64,000 bases of DNA from Candidatus Latescibacterota bacterium (GTDB lineage Bacteria; Latescibacterota; UBA2968; UBA8231), in contig OZ242005.1 of NCBI GenBank assembly GCA_965204725.1, forward strand, positions 4,224,001 through 4,288,000, written 5' to 3'. Within the stretch, counting starts at the first letter, position 1, and every line of letters begins with the position of its first letter. Below are positions 21,748 through 31,177 of this stretch, in pieces. A program made the translations under genes and the position numbers. Below the pieces are notes generated by a model that saw only the letters and a list, made by a program, of their open reading frames with translations, was not told where the DNA came from and did no database searches.

Positions 21748-22911
21748 TCATCCTGTTGGCCGCAAGGGCATTAGCAAGCAGAAGTAGTCCTCGCCTTCGT
21801 TTTGTTCCACCGGCCGCAACAGGGCTGCTGTGACGTGGTCATTGAGTTCAAAACAGACCTCCTTCGCGTCCATCCTGCGCAAGATATCCATCAGATACTG
21901 GGCGTTGTAGCCAACCTCTATCTCTTCAGAAGCGTATTGAGCCGGCACAACCTCCTTCGCTTCGCCGCCGATTTCGGGGCTGGCGGCCGAAAGCTCCACT
22001 TGGCCACTGTTTAGCTTAAAACGCACTTGACGCGTATAGGAACTAGAGAGGATGGACACCCGGCGTACGGCCGGTAGAAGATCTTCGCTAGCTATTCTTA
22101 GTTCTTTTTGGTTGTTTTGAGGAACGACTTGGGCATAGTTGACATAAGGTCCCTCAATTAGACGCGATAGTAAATGCGTCTGTCCTATATCGAACAGGAT
22201 CTGCGCCTCGCCTAGCGTGACGTTGACTGGCCCGCTATGACTACTCAGCAATTTGACGATCTGATTCAACGCTTGGGGGGGGACAATGACCGCGGTCTCT
22301 TGGTCGCCCTGTACCTGATCCTGCATATCTATGGCTAATCTGTAACAAGCTAGGCGGGACCCGTCAGTAGCCACCATCTCCATTCCCTGAGCATCAATGC
22401 GCCAGAGCACCCCATTGAACACTGGGCGCGTATCGTCGCCGGAAACGGCAAAGGCCGTCTTATTGATCATGTCTGCTAGGACATTGGTATCGGTTTGGTC
22501 ATCCCCTATACTCAGGCTTTGGCCGTCAAGTGCCGTCGGCATACTAGGAAACTCTTCAGCCTCTATTCCCGACAGGCTATACGATCCTTCGCTGCTCTCG
22601 GCATCCCCGAGCTGCCCTGAGAGGCTAATTCGCTCGTCCTGCACCTCAATACTCAGTTCCGACTCGGGCCATTCTCGAGTGATTTCTGCCAACTTGCGAG
22701 CCGAAACAGTCGTCTTTCCCTCCTCTTCCACTTCAGCAGGGACTTGAGTCCGGATGGACAAATCTAAATCCGTCGCAGATAGAGAGAGCGTCTTTGTATC
22801 GGCGTCAAGCAAGATATTAGCCAACACCGGTAGGGAAGGCTTTGAAGACACGGCTTCTAATACAGTATCAATGCCCCGCCATAACTCACTGCGATTTACT
22901 CTTAGCTTCAT
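21748..22911 (-). CDS. dnaN: DNA polymerase III beta clamp
   Basis: ATDLD, TRPVFNG, VATDG, SRLIEG, LLMPLR. Confidence 0.97.
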   Translation of the reverse strand: MKLRVNRSELWRGIDTVLEAVSSKPSLPVLANILLDADTKTLSLSATDLDLSIRTQVPAEVEEEGKTTVSARKLAEITREWPESELSIEVQDERISLSGQLGDAESSEGSYSLSGIEAEEFPSMPTALDGQSLSIGDDQTDTNVLADMINKTAFAVSGDDTRPVFNGVLWRIDAQGMEMVATDGSRLACYRLAIDMQDQVQGDQETAVIVPPQALNQIVKLLSSHSGPVNVTLGEAQILFDIGQTHLLSRLIEGPYVNYAQVVPQNNQKELRIASEDLLPAVRRVSILSSSYTRQVRFKLNSGQVELSAASPEIGGEAKEVVPAQYASEEIEVGYNAQYLMDILRRMDAKEVCFELNDHVTAALLRPVEQNEGEDYFCLLMPLRPTG

Positions 22912-23450
22912 AAAGATTCTTCGGATTATCCTTCTGTGAACGATTGTCTAAACATTAACTAAACTTAGCTTTTATATCTACTTATGTCAAGTTCTATTAT
23001 ATAGTGTCCCATTTTTCACAAGAGGAACATAAAAGCAGGTGTGTATTAAAAACAATAAAAGTGTGTACTATCAGGAACACACTACCCACATTGACCTTTT
23101 TGGTAAAATTACACTCTTCTGTGTTCTTTTACTTTTTTAGTTCTAGTTATGTTGGGGATATGTGGATAATCGTCTTATGAGGTTATTTCTAAACAACAAA
23201 ACATATTGTTAATAATATGTTTATGAATAAGAGGATTGATCGAACAGCAGGAGGTTGTATGTGGATTGCTGAGTGGAAAAACCCAATTTTCCACAGATAA
23301 AAGGTTAAAAATGACTGTGTTCTTTTTTACACAAAGTTATCCACACCGAATCAATACTTAGGCGGGGGTAGGTGTTAATAGTTTTCCACTGTCAAATAGG
23401 CACTGTGGTACTAAAAATACAGACGAAAAGGACCGAGAGATGGGGTGGGC
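22912..23450. other. Putative oriC (dnaA-dnaN intergenic)
   Basis: AT-rich ~540 bp; perfect DnaA boxes at 23161-23169 (TGTGGATAA) and 23337-23345 (TTATCCACA); near-matches at 23260, 23272, 23287, 23382. Confidence 0.85.
22962..22990 (-). promoter_or_regulatory. Sigma70-type promoter for dnaN
   Basis: TTGACA-N17-TAAGTT on the minus strand. Confidence 0.6.
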
Positions 23451-24836
23451 TTAGCGGTTTTGTCGACGAATAGTATTGGACAAATCCTCAACTAGTTTGG
23501 CGAAGACGGGGTCGTTCTCACACTTCTTCTCAACAGTGGTTACAGCGTGGATGACTGTGCTGTGATCTCGGCTGCCGAAGCGTAGACCGATGGTAGTGAA
23601 GCGACTTCCGATGAGGCTCCTAGCTAAGAACATAGCAATGTGCCTTGCTCTTACCACATCTTGCTTTCGTCCTTTTCCAGTGAGTTGCTCTTGAGTCATA
23701 TTGAAGTGGTCGGCGATATGCCGCTGGATCGCCTCAATGCTTAGTTCCGATGGGCTAGGCCCCAATTTATCTAGAATATGCTTGGCCGCCTCGATGTCGT
23801 ATTCCTTTTTATAAATTGAGCAGTGGGCCATTAAGTTAATCAACGTACCTTCGAGTTCGCGGACATTCGATCGGATATGATTGCCCAACAGAGCGGCCAC
23901 ATCATCAGGAATCCGTATGCCATTGCGCTCGGCCTTCTTGTGGAGGATGGCGATCCGGGTCTCGAGCTCAGGCGGATCTATTGCTGTGGCCAGACCCCAT
24001 GTAAAGCGGGATTTCAGCCTTTCTTCTAACCCATCAAGATGGCCGGGAGGACTGTCGCAGGTCATGACAATCTGCTTCTCGGACTGTCGCAAGGCATTAA
24101 AAGTGTGAAAGAATTCGTTCTGGGTCTGTTCGCCGCGGAGAAGAAACTGGATGTCATCGAACAGAAGGATGTCCACGTTGCGATAAAAGTTCTGAAATTC
24201 ACTCGTCTTATTGCGGTCTCGGAGCGATTGGACGAAATCGCTCATAAACTTTTCCGAGGGGACGTAAACGACCTTCTCGGCGAGGTTGAGATTATAGGCG
24301 TGATTCCCAATCGCTTGGAGCAGATGCGTTTTACCCAGCCCTACGCCGCCATAAATCACGAGGGGATTAAATTCCGTATTACCTGGGGCATTAGCTACAG
24401 CTAGTGCCGTTGCATGGGCAAATCGATTGCTATCACCAATGATGAATTCTTCAAAGGTATAGCGCTTATTAAGCGATATTTGAGCGGGGCCGACTTCTAC
24501 TTCTTCTTGTCCTCCTTCTGTGGATTCTTCTTTCTGAGCAGAGGGATTGCTTGCTTGATCGAGAGTTGGTTGGGGTGCTTGTGAAACGACAAAGGAGATT
24601 TTTGGAGCTAGGGTCGTCTCTTTTCTTACTACTTCTTGGATCATAGGCAAGTAGTGCTCTTCTACCCAAGCGGCAGAAAATGCACTGGGAACTTGGATGA
24701 CCAACAAGTCTTCGTCAAATTGATTTGCTGAAGTCTGCTTAAACCAATTATCAAATCTCTGGGGAAGAATTTGACGCTCTATGTTGAGCAGACATTGGGC
24801 CCAGATTTCTTGGGGATCCTGTTTTTCCAATACCAT
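23451..24836 (-). CDS. dnaA: Chromosomal replication initiator DnaA
   Basis: YTFEEF, NPLVIYGGVGLGKTHL, DDIQF, NVRELEG, RDHSTV. Confidence 0.98.
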   Translation of the reverse strand: MVLEKQDPQEIWAQCLLNIERQILPQRFDNWFKQTSANQFDEDLLVIQVPSAFSAAWVEEHYLPMIQEVVRKETTLAPKISFVVSQAPQPTLDQASNPSAQKEESTEGGQEEVEVGPAQISLNKRYTFEEFIIGDSNRFAHATALAVANAPGNTEFNPLVIYGGVGLGKTHLLQAIGNHAYNLNLAEKVVYVPSEKFMSDFVQSLRDRNKTSEFQNFYRNVDILLFDDIQFLLRGEQTQNEFFHTFNALRQSEKQIVMTCDSPPGHLDGLEERLKSRFTWGLATAIDPPELETRIAILHKKAERNGIRIPDDVAALLGNHIRSNVRELEGTLINLMAHCSIYKKEYDIEAAKHILDKLGPSPSELSIEAIQRHIADHFNMTQEQLTGKGRKQDVVRARHIAMFLARSLIGSRFTTIGLRFGSRDHSTVIHAVTTVEKKCENDPVFAKLVEDLSNTIRRQNR

Positions 24837-24872
24837 TTATTGAGCGATTCCGTAATACTAAGGGGTATTTCC

Positions 24873-24901
24873 AACCTATAAATAAGGCATATGTCAGTCA
24901 A
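24873..24901 (-). promoter_or_regulatory. Putative dnaA promoter
   Basis: TTGACT-N17-TAGGTT on the minus strand. Confidence 0.5.
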
Positions 24902-24956
24902 GAGTCTCTCGCGAGGTTGCCACTGAAATTCGTTAGCGTTCAAAGAGTTAAAAGTA

Positions 24957-24985
24957 TTGACACTAATCAGAATAGCCACTAAATT
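24957..24985 (+). promoter_or_regulatory. Putative rpmH promoter
   Basis: TTGACA-N17-TAAATT. Confidence 0.65.
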
Positions 24986-25037
24986 GGACTATTTCTGCTA
25001 TGCTGTGCATAAACTAACGTGAGGTGAAACTTTTATT

Positions 25038-25172
25038 TTGAAACGCACATTTCAGCCTAGCAACAGGTGCCGCCGCAACAAGCATGGCTTTCGCAGGCGC
25101 ATGAGCACACCCGCCGGTCGCAATATCATCAATCGTCGTCGGAGAAAGGGACGCAAGCAGCTAGCAGTCTAG
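25038..25172 (+). CDS. rpmH: 50S ribosomal protein L34 (not in ORF track)
   Basis: TTG start; [44 protein letters not shown]. Confidence 0.97.
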   Translation: MKRTFQPSNRCRRNKHGFRRRMSTPAGRNIINRRRRKGRKQLAV

Positions 25173-25188
25173 CACTTGTCGCGTTCGT

Positions 25189-25461
25189 TTGATGGATTGG
25201 GTTAGAGGACGCTGCTTTTGGATCCGCTGCGGTCGGGAAGATCGTGGTCAAATTTTTGTCGTCCGACGCAATTTGGGCAATGCTGTAAAGCGCAATCGGC
25301 TTAAGCGGCACCTGCGTAGTATCTGCCGAAATCGCCCATACTTTCCTCGTAGTCTAGTCGTTTTCTGCCAACCGTCAGCCGTCAAAGCCTCCTTTACTGA
25401 CTTAGAAAAGGAACTGGACTTATTGGTAGCAAAAATCCCTACTTTTCTTGTCCCACGATGA
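25189..25461 (+). CDS. rnpA: Ribonuclease P protein component, short and divergent
   Basis: RNR motif [11 protein letters not shown]; position between rpmH and yidD. Confidence 0.8.
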   Translation: MMDWVRGRCFWIRCGREDRGQIFVVRRNLGNAVKRNRLKRHLRSICRNRPYFPRSLVVFCQPSAVKASFTDLEKELDLLVAKIPTFLVPR

Positions 25462-25667
25462 AGCAAATCGTCATTTTCATCGTCCGAGCCTACCGTCTTA
25501 TACTGTCTCCATACCTTCCCCCATCCTGTCGTTATCGACCTACTTGTTCCCAATATGCCGAAGAAGCACTAAGTAAGTACGGACTGTTCAAAGGCGGGAT
25601 GCTTGCTCTAAAGCGGATTAGTCAATGCCATCCTTGGGGAGGGCATGGATACGATCCTTTGCGCTAG
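25458..25667 (+). CDS. yidD: Membrane protein insertion efficiency factor
   Basis: [22 protein letters not shown]. Confidence 0.95.
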   Translation: MKQIVIFIVRAYRLILSPYLPPSCRYRPTCSQYAEEALSKYGLFKGGMLALKRISQCHPWGGHGYDPLR

Positions 25668-25712
25668 TAGTATGTTGATAACACGTTGTTTATAAAAGGG
25701 TAAGTAAAACCT

Positions 25713-27425
25713 ATGGAAGATAAGCGGACCCTGTTGGCCTTTCTCTTTATCGGCTTGATTTTCCTTTTGCTTCCCTATTATAATGAATGGCTGGGGCTAA
25801 ATCCTAAGCCTCCGTCTCAGACACCCGTGGAGCAAAAGCCGGTGCCTGAAACGGAAACAGAACCTGTTGCTGAAGATCTATCCAGAGCCGAGAGCATACG
25901 AGATCCCGAGTCTGCGAAACAACTCTATTCGGAAGAGCTGGCACCCGTTAAGTCTCAGGTCATTGAAAGAGTCGAATCGGCCGAAAGTTCATCCTTTATC
26001 CCGGAAGAGATTTTAGTACAAACTCCGCTTCAGAGCTTTGTTATCTCTACAAAGGGTGGTACTATTACATCATGTAAACTATTAAAATACAGATACGTAG
26101 ATGGAAGTATTATCGAAATGCTGCCTCCAACCGGCATCGGCTTGGGAATTCATTTACAAAGCGCGAACTACAGGGAGGATATATCCTCGGTGGAGTTTGT
26201 CGCTAATCTGTCGAGTTTGCAGGTGGGACTAGGTGAAGAGCACTCCTTAATTATGGTAGCCCAACTCGGTGGCGGCCAGAGACTGGAAAAGATATTGACC
26301 TTTAATGGGGACCGCTATGGATTCGATCTCCAAGTGCGTCACGAAGGATTTGACGATGATACCGAAGCCATACTCACTTGGGAAAACGGTATAGCATTTA
26401 CTGAGCGGGAGCCGGAAATAGACCTACCTGAAATGCGGGCTTTCGCCTATATCAACGAAGAACGGGTCGAACTCAAGGTAGATGATGGGGAATCGGACGA
26501 ATTGGAGGACAAAGGACTGCTAAAGTGGGCGGGTATTCGCAACAAGTACTTCTTGATTTCCTGCGTCCCCGCTGATAGAGAGCAGCGTTCTCGCGTCGTC
26601 CTACAGGGCAATCACCAAGGGTCGAATTTGCTGCCCGAATATTCTTTTCAGATAGGTCGGCGGCTCGAACGGGCAAGTTCTTGGAATAACACCATTTATC
26701 TAGGCCCACTCAACTACGACGAGCTCATCGGCTATGAGGCCGAACTGGAGCAGGCCATTGATTTCGGATGGCCTATCGTAAGCCAGATAAGCCGATTTCT
26801 ACTCATTTTATTTATAGCGACCTATCAATATATTCCTAACTATGGTTGGATCATCGTCCTTTTCGCCGTTGTTATCAAAATTATCGTCTATCCGCTTACG
26901 CACAAAACGTACGAGTCTGCGGCGAAAATGCAGGAAATTCAGCCGAAAATTGCGGCACTACGCGATAAGTACAAGAACGACAATCAACGCCTAAGCCGCG
27001 AAACTATGAAGCTCTACAAGGAAGAAGGCGTCAATCCTCTTGGGGGGTGTCTGCCTCTCTTGTTGCAGATGCCTATTTTCATTTCGCTCTACAATCTTTT
27101 TGGCAAAACAATTGAGTTGCGCCAAGCCCCCTTTACTCTTTGGATACAAGATCTGTCCCTGCCAGATGAGCTACTAATCGGCGGTTTGGAGCTTCATGTT
27201 CTTCCACTATTAATGGCTGTCTCCATGCTCGTCCAACAGAAGATGACTATGAAGGATCCCAAGCAGGCCGTTCTGGTTTACATGATGCCAGTACTGATGA
27301 TCTTTATCTTTTGGAGCATGTCGTCGGGATTAGTGTTATACTGGACTACCTTCAATGTCCTGACCATTGGCCAGCAGCTATTGGTCAATCATTTTAGGAA
27401 AGAAGCCGCTCCTTCCAGCACTTAG
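25713..27425 (+). CDS. yidC: Membrane protein insertase YidC
   Basis: IDFGW, NYGWII, VNPLGGCLP, QMPIF, WIQDLS, GLVLYW. Confidence 0.97.
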   Translation: MEDKRTLLAFLFIGLIFLLLPYYNEWLGLNPKPPSQTPVEQKPVPETETEPVAEDLSRAESIRDPESAKQLYSEELAPVKSQVIERVESAESSSFIPEEILVQTPLQSFVISTKGGTITSCKLLKYRYVDGSIIEMLPPTGIGLGIHLQSANYREDISSVEFVANLSSLQVGLGEEHSLIMVAQLGGGQRLEKILTFNGDRYGFDLQVRHEGFDDDTEAILTWENGIAFTEREPEIDLPEMRAFAYINEERVELKVDDGESDELEDKGLLKWAGIRNKYFLISCVPADREQRSRVVLQGNHQGSNLLPEYSFQIGRRLERASSWNNTIYLGPLNYDELIGYEAELEQAIDFGWPIVSQISRFLLILFIATYQYIPNYGWIIVLFAVVIKIIVYPLTHKTYESAAKMQEIQPKIAALRDKYKNDNQRLSRETMKLYKEEGVNPLGGCLPLLLQMPIFISLYNLFGKTIELRQAPFTLWIQDLSLPDELLIGGLELHVLPLLMAVSMLVQQKMTMKDPKQAVLVYMMPVLMIFIFWSMSSGLVLYWTTFNVLTIGQQLLVNHFRKEAAPSST

Positions 27426-27448
27426 AATTTTAGCCGGATCTCGATTCC

Positions 27449-28810
27449 TTGATACAGCCGGATACTGTTGTTGCTATCTCTACGCCACGGGGGAAGGGGG
27501 GGATTGGGATAGTGCGTTTGAGTGGGCCTGCAGCCCTATCTATTAGCCAGCAGGTTTTTCGCTCCCGTCGCCCACTCGGTGAGCGGATCCGATACGTTGA
27601 ATACGGGCGTATATGGGCTGGTGGCCGAGCAATCGACACTGGCGTCGCTTGGTGCTTTGCTGCTCCTCACTCTTATACTGGTGAAGATACCGTCGAGATT
27701 AGCTGCCACGGCAATATGGTCGTATTAGAGTCCGTCGTTGAGGAAGCACTTCGCTTGGGTGCCGTCGCTGCTGCCCCGGGAGAGTTTACTCGTCGAGCTT
27801 TTCTCAATGGGCGGTTAGACTTATTAGAAGCTGAGGCTGTAATTGACCTCATTCAGGCCAGTTCTAAAGCGCATCTCGATAATGCCTATGGCTTGGCTAG
27901 TGGTCGGCTATCTAAGATGGTAAAAGAGCTTAAGGGGCAGTTGGTTAAGATGCTATCACTACTTGAGATAGGGCTCGATTTTTCCGACGAAGACATAGAT
28001 AATATTGGACGCCAAGAAATACAGGCCGCGCTGAGTGAGGTAGTTGAGTCCTCTCTGCGGCTTGCCGAAACGTTTGAGGGAACAAGGCGTCGCCAAGAGG
28101 GATATTTAGTAGTACTCATCGGGCGTCCCAACGTAGGTAAGTCTACATTGCTCAACGTTTTGCTCGGCGAAGATCGGGCAATAGTCACCCCCTTACCAGG
28201 AACGACGCGAGACTTAGTAGAAGGTCGGACTACATGGGCAGGAGAGACGATCCGGATAGTCGATACGGCTGGGATTAGGCAAAGCCATAACCTGATCGAA
28301 AAAGAGGGGATTGAACGGGCGTCTCAAGCGGCGGGGGAAGCAGATGTGGTTTTAGCGGTATTCGACAGCTCGACCGAGTCGTGTGAGGACGATATAGCTG
28401 TGTTGGACCTACTCCCGTCTAATAAGAAGTCAATTGCTGTCTTCAACAAGATTGATCTGACAGGGGCTATTACTCGATCTAAGATCAAAGCACGGACCTC
28501 GGTATCCGTTGAAATATCAGCACTTAGGGAGTCCGGTATTGAAAAATTAAAGAGGGAGGTGACGGCCCAACTGCCCCATAGGGCGGAAATAGATGGAATC
28601 GGGATTACCCGTCAACGACACCAAGATTGCTTTTTGCGGGTAGCTAAATCTGGTGCTGTCGCAGATGAACTGCTGAGAGCTAGCCAGCCAGATGAGTGTA
28701 TCGTAGCTGAACTTCAAGACGCCTTGAATGCCCTAGGTGAGATGCTGGGGGAGACAGTAGAGGAGGAAGTTCTCGATTCTATCTTCTCCCAGTTTTGCAT
28801 CGGCAAGTAA
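27449..28810 (+). CDS. mnmE: tRNA modification GTPase MnmE
   Basis: SYTGED, GEFTRRAFLNG, GRPNVGKS, GTTRD, DTAG, FCIGK. Confidence 0.97.
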   Translation: MIQPDTVVAISTPRGKGGIGIVRLSGPAALSISQQVFRSRRPLGERIRYVEYGRIWAGGRAIDTGVAWCFAAPHSYTGEDTVEISCHGNMVVLESVVEEALRLGAVAAAPGEFTRRAFLNGRLDLLEAEAVIDLIQASSKAHLDNAYGLASGRLSKMVKELKGQLVKMLSLLEIGLDFSDEDIDNIGRQEIQAALSEVVESSLRLAETFEGTRRRQEGYLVVLIGRPNVGKSTLLNVLLGEDRAIVTPLPGTTRDLVEGRTTWAGETIRIVDTAGIRQSHNLIEKEGIERASQAAGEADVVLAVFDSSTESCEDDIAVLDLLPSNKKSIAVFNKIDLTGAITRSKIKARTSVSVEISALRESGIEKLKREVTAQLPHRAEIDGIGITRQRHQDCFLRVAKSGAVADELLRASQPDECIVAELQDALNALGEMLGETVEEEVLDSIFSQFCIGK

Positions 28811-28826
28811 TGTTCCACGTGGAACA
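28811..28826. promoter_or_regulatory. parS site 1
   Basis: Perfect palindrome TGTTCCACGTGGAACA. Confidence 0.92.
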
Positions 28827-28861
28827 CTTGAATTTCTTGAAGCACACCGGTAAGAGTTTGA

Positions 28862-28877
28862 CGTTCCACGTGGAACA
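28862..28877. promoter_or_regulatory. parS site 2
   Basis: CGTTCCACGTGGAACA. Confidence 0.9.
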
Positions 28878-28883
28878 TGTAAA

Positions 28884-29489
28884 ATGGTAATTCAAATGCC
28901 ATCTGAAATTCGTGAGGAACTTGAGCGGTTAAAGAGCAAAAGGATTCTATCCTGTTCTCTTGATGATGTCTGGCCTAAGCTGGAAATATATCTATATCTC
29001 TTGAGTCGGTGGTCGAGAAGAGTCAACCTGATTTCTCGACGAGAGTTGTCCGTTGTAGCAACCAAGCATTTGAGACAGGCGTTAATTATGGTCCCAGTTG
29101 TGTCAAGCCTCCCTCGTCGGTTGGTTATGGATCTAGGATCAGGAGCTGGATTTCCGGCTATTCCATTAAAGATCGTTATTCCGGACTCATGCTTTGTTTT
29201 GGTTGAAATCAGGAGGAAGCGGGCGCACTTTCTCAGGGAGGTTGTCCGAACTGTGGGACTTGACAGTATAGAGGTTGTAAACGACCGGATAGAGAATTTG
29301 AGTCCTATGGGAGCGGATTTAGTCACTGCGAGAGCGGTGGCTTCTCCAGAGAAACTGCTTGACCTAGTACAAAGACATTTGTCTCCTCATGGTTGGATTC
29401 TTTCAACACTTGGAGAAGATGCTGCCCATTCGGGATTGTTGGCATGGAGGATAGAACGGGTGGGGAGTAGCTTGGGGTTATTTCATTAG
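28884..29489 (+). CDS. rsmG: 16S rRNA m7G527 methyltransferase
   Basis: W...NL, DLGSGAGFPAIPL, R.E, VTARAVA. Confidence 0.9.
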   Translation: MVIQMPSEIREELERLKSKRILSCSLDDVWPKLEIYLYLLSRWSRRVNLISRRELSVVATKHLRQALIMVPVVSSLPRRLVMDLGSGAGFPAIPLKIVIPDSCFVLVEIRRKRAHFLREVVRTVGLDSIEVVNDRIENLSPMGADLVTARAVASPEKLLDLVQRHLSPHGWILSTLGEDAAHSGLLAWRIERVGSSLGLFH

Positions 29490-29554
29490 TTGATCGCATT
29501 GATAGCCTAGCAGAATCTTGCTAAGTCTAAATAATCGGGGGTTCCGAGTGTAGT

Positions 29555-29746
29555 TTTACCCATATTTATCCACACTCAAACCTAAAAGAACTGCGAGATT
29601 TAGGCCCTTTGGGGGACCTTATATGTCTAATTTTATCCAATAGATAGGCTATGATTTAGTGAAATATTGAGTAGAGTCGAAAAGATATAATGTGGAAAAC
29701 TTGCTCTTAAGAAAGTGGAAAACTCTATGGAAAATCCTTTGGAAGA
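29555..29746. promoter_or_regulatory. Second DnaA-box cluster
   Basis: TTATCCACA 29566-29574, TTATCCAAT 29633, TGTGGAAAA 29691, AGTGGAAAA 29714, TATGGAAAA 29726 in an AT-rich spacer. Confidence 0.65.
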
Positions 29747-29794
29747 AAAGAAAAAAACAAGTATATTTTTAGTAGTTCCCAAGGACGCAGGTTC

Positions 29795-30454
29795 TTGATA
29801 CAATGGCCCCAAGTGCCTATAAAAACAGGTTATTTTTTGCTAGATAAATACCTAAAAAAGTGGTGTTTGATCGTCCTTAGACCGTTGGCGCATTTGTTTA
29901 TTCGCTTGGGCTTCAGGCCCGATTGGCTGACTCTGATGGGGTTAGTTATGAACGTGGGGGCAACTGCGGCTTTTGCTGAGGGTTATTTACAATGGGGGGC
30001 TCTCATTATGATGGTTGCGGGTCTCTGCGACATCTTGGATGGACAAGTTGCAAGAGAAGGCCATAAGGAGACCAAGTTCGGAGCCTTACTGGATTCGACT
30101 ACAGATCGCTACTCTGAGATATTTATTTATTTTGGCATCGGTGCGTATTTGATTGGTCGCGATGCGTGGATTCCTTCAGGGATCCTCTTTTTTGCAATCA
30201 CTGGTTCGCTGATGGTTAGTTATGTAAGGGCTCGTGCAGAGGGGCTGGGCGAGGATTGTAAGGTGGGCTTCATGCAGCGTCCTGAACGTCTAATTGCCTT
30301 AGCCTTGGGGAGCTTGGTGGGTCATCAGGGATTGGTTTTTGTGCTGGTTTTATTGGCCGTTACCACCAACTATACGGTTGTTGAGCGCCTCGCTCATATT
30401 CGCAACAGGTTAAAATCTGGTCCCAACTCACCCGCCTCAGTCCAGCAGTCCTGA
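29795..30454 (+). CDS. CDP-alcohol phosphatidyltransferase family protein
   Basis: DILDGQVAR...FGALLDSTTDRY, SYVRARAEGLG, RPER; start uncertain. Confidence 0.9.
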   Translation: MIQWPQVPIKTGYFLLDKYLKKWCLIVLRPLAHLFIRLGFRPDWLTLMGLVMNVGATAAFAEGYLQWGALIMMVAGLCDILDGQVAREGHKETKFGALLDSTTDRYSEIFIYFGIGAYLIGRDAWIPSGILFFAITGSLMVSYVRARAEGLGEDCKVGFMQRPERLIALALGSLVGHQGLVFVLVLLAVTTNYTVVERLAHIRNRLKSGPNSPASVQQS

Positions 30455-30494
30455 TAAGGGGCTAATCGGGCTTTCTTGCGCTTCTCCTGCCATC

Positions 30495-31175
30495 GTGTAC
30501 CGGGGTCATTTCATCGTTTTTGAAGGAGTTGATGGCAGCGGAACTACAACCCAATCCCACATACTGGCGTCGTATTTAAGAGAAGCGGGTTTTCCAGTTG
30601 TACTTACCAGAGAACCGGGCGGGACGCCGATTGGAGAGCGGATTCGCCGTCTTGTTCTCGACCCAAGACAGGAAGCTATCTCCCATGTGGCAGAGCTTTT
30701 TCTTTACGGAGCTGATCGAGCACAGCACGTAAAAGAGGTGATTCAACCGTCGCTAAATCAAGGTAAAATAGTTATTTGTGATCGCTACATCGCATCATCG
30801 CTAGCGTATCAAGGTTATGGACGCGGCTTAGATCTAAAAATGGTTGAGCAAGTCAATAATCTGGCCATAGGGAAATGCCTGCCGGAATCGACAGTATATT
30901 TGGACATACCCGTAGAAGTGGCTTGGGGACGGATAAGTCGCCAGTGGAACTTGTTCTGCCAAGGGGATTCACACTCTCCTCGCGCCGAGGACCGCTTGGA
31001 GGAAGCTGGTGGAGAGAGACTACAAAGGAAAGTCGCCCGAGGTTATAAAAAGATCGCCGAGAGTGACGAGAGTGCCTTGGTTTTTGACGCACAGCTCGGA
31101 ATAGACCAACTGGCCAAAGAGATTCGGAACGCGCTGCGCGAGCGGTCGCCTTGGTTTCCAGAGGAGAAAAAGTAA
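30495..31175 (+). CDS. tmk: Thymidylate kinase
   Basis: FEGVDGSG, TREPGG, DRAQH, CDRY, AYQGYGRG. Confidence 0.95.
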   Translation: MYRGHFIVFEGVDGSGTTTQSHILASYLREAGFPVVLTREPGGTPIGERIRRLVLDPRQEAISHVAELFLYGADRAQHVKEVIQPSLNQGKIVICDRYIASSLAYQGYGRGLDLKMVEQVNNLAIGKCLPESTVYLDIPVEVAWGRISRQWNLFCQGDSHSPRAEDRLEEAGGERLQRKVARGYKKIAESDESALVFDAQLGIDQLAKEIRNALRERSPWFPEEKK

Positions 31176-31177
31176 TC

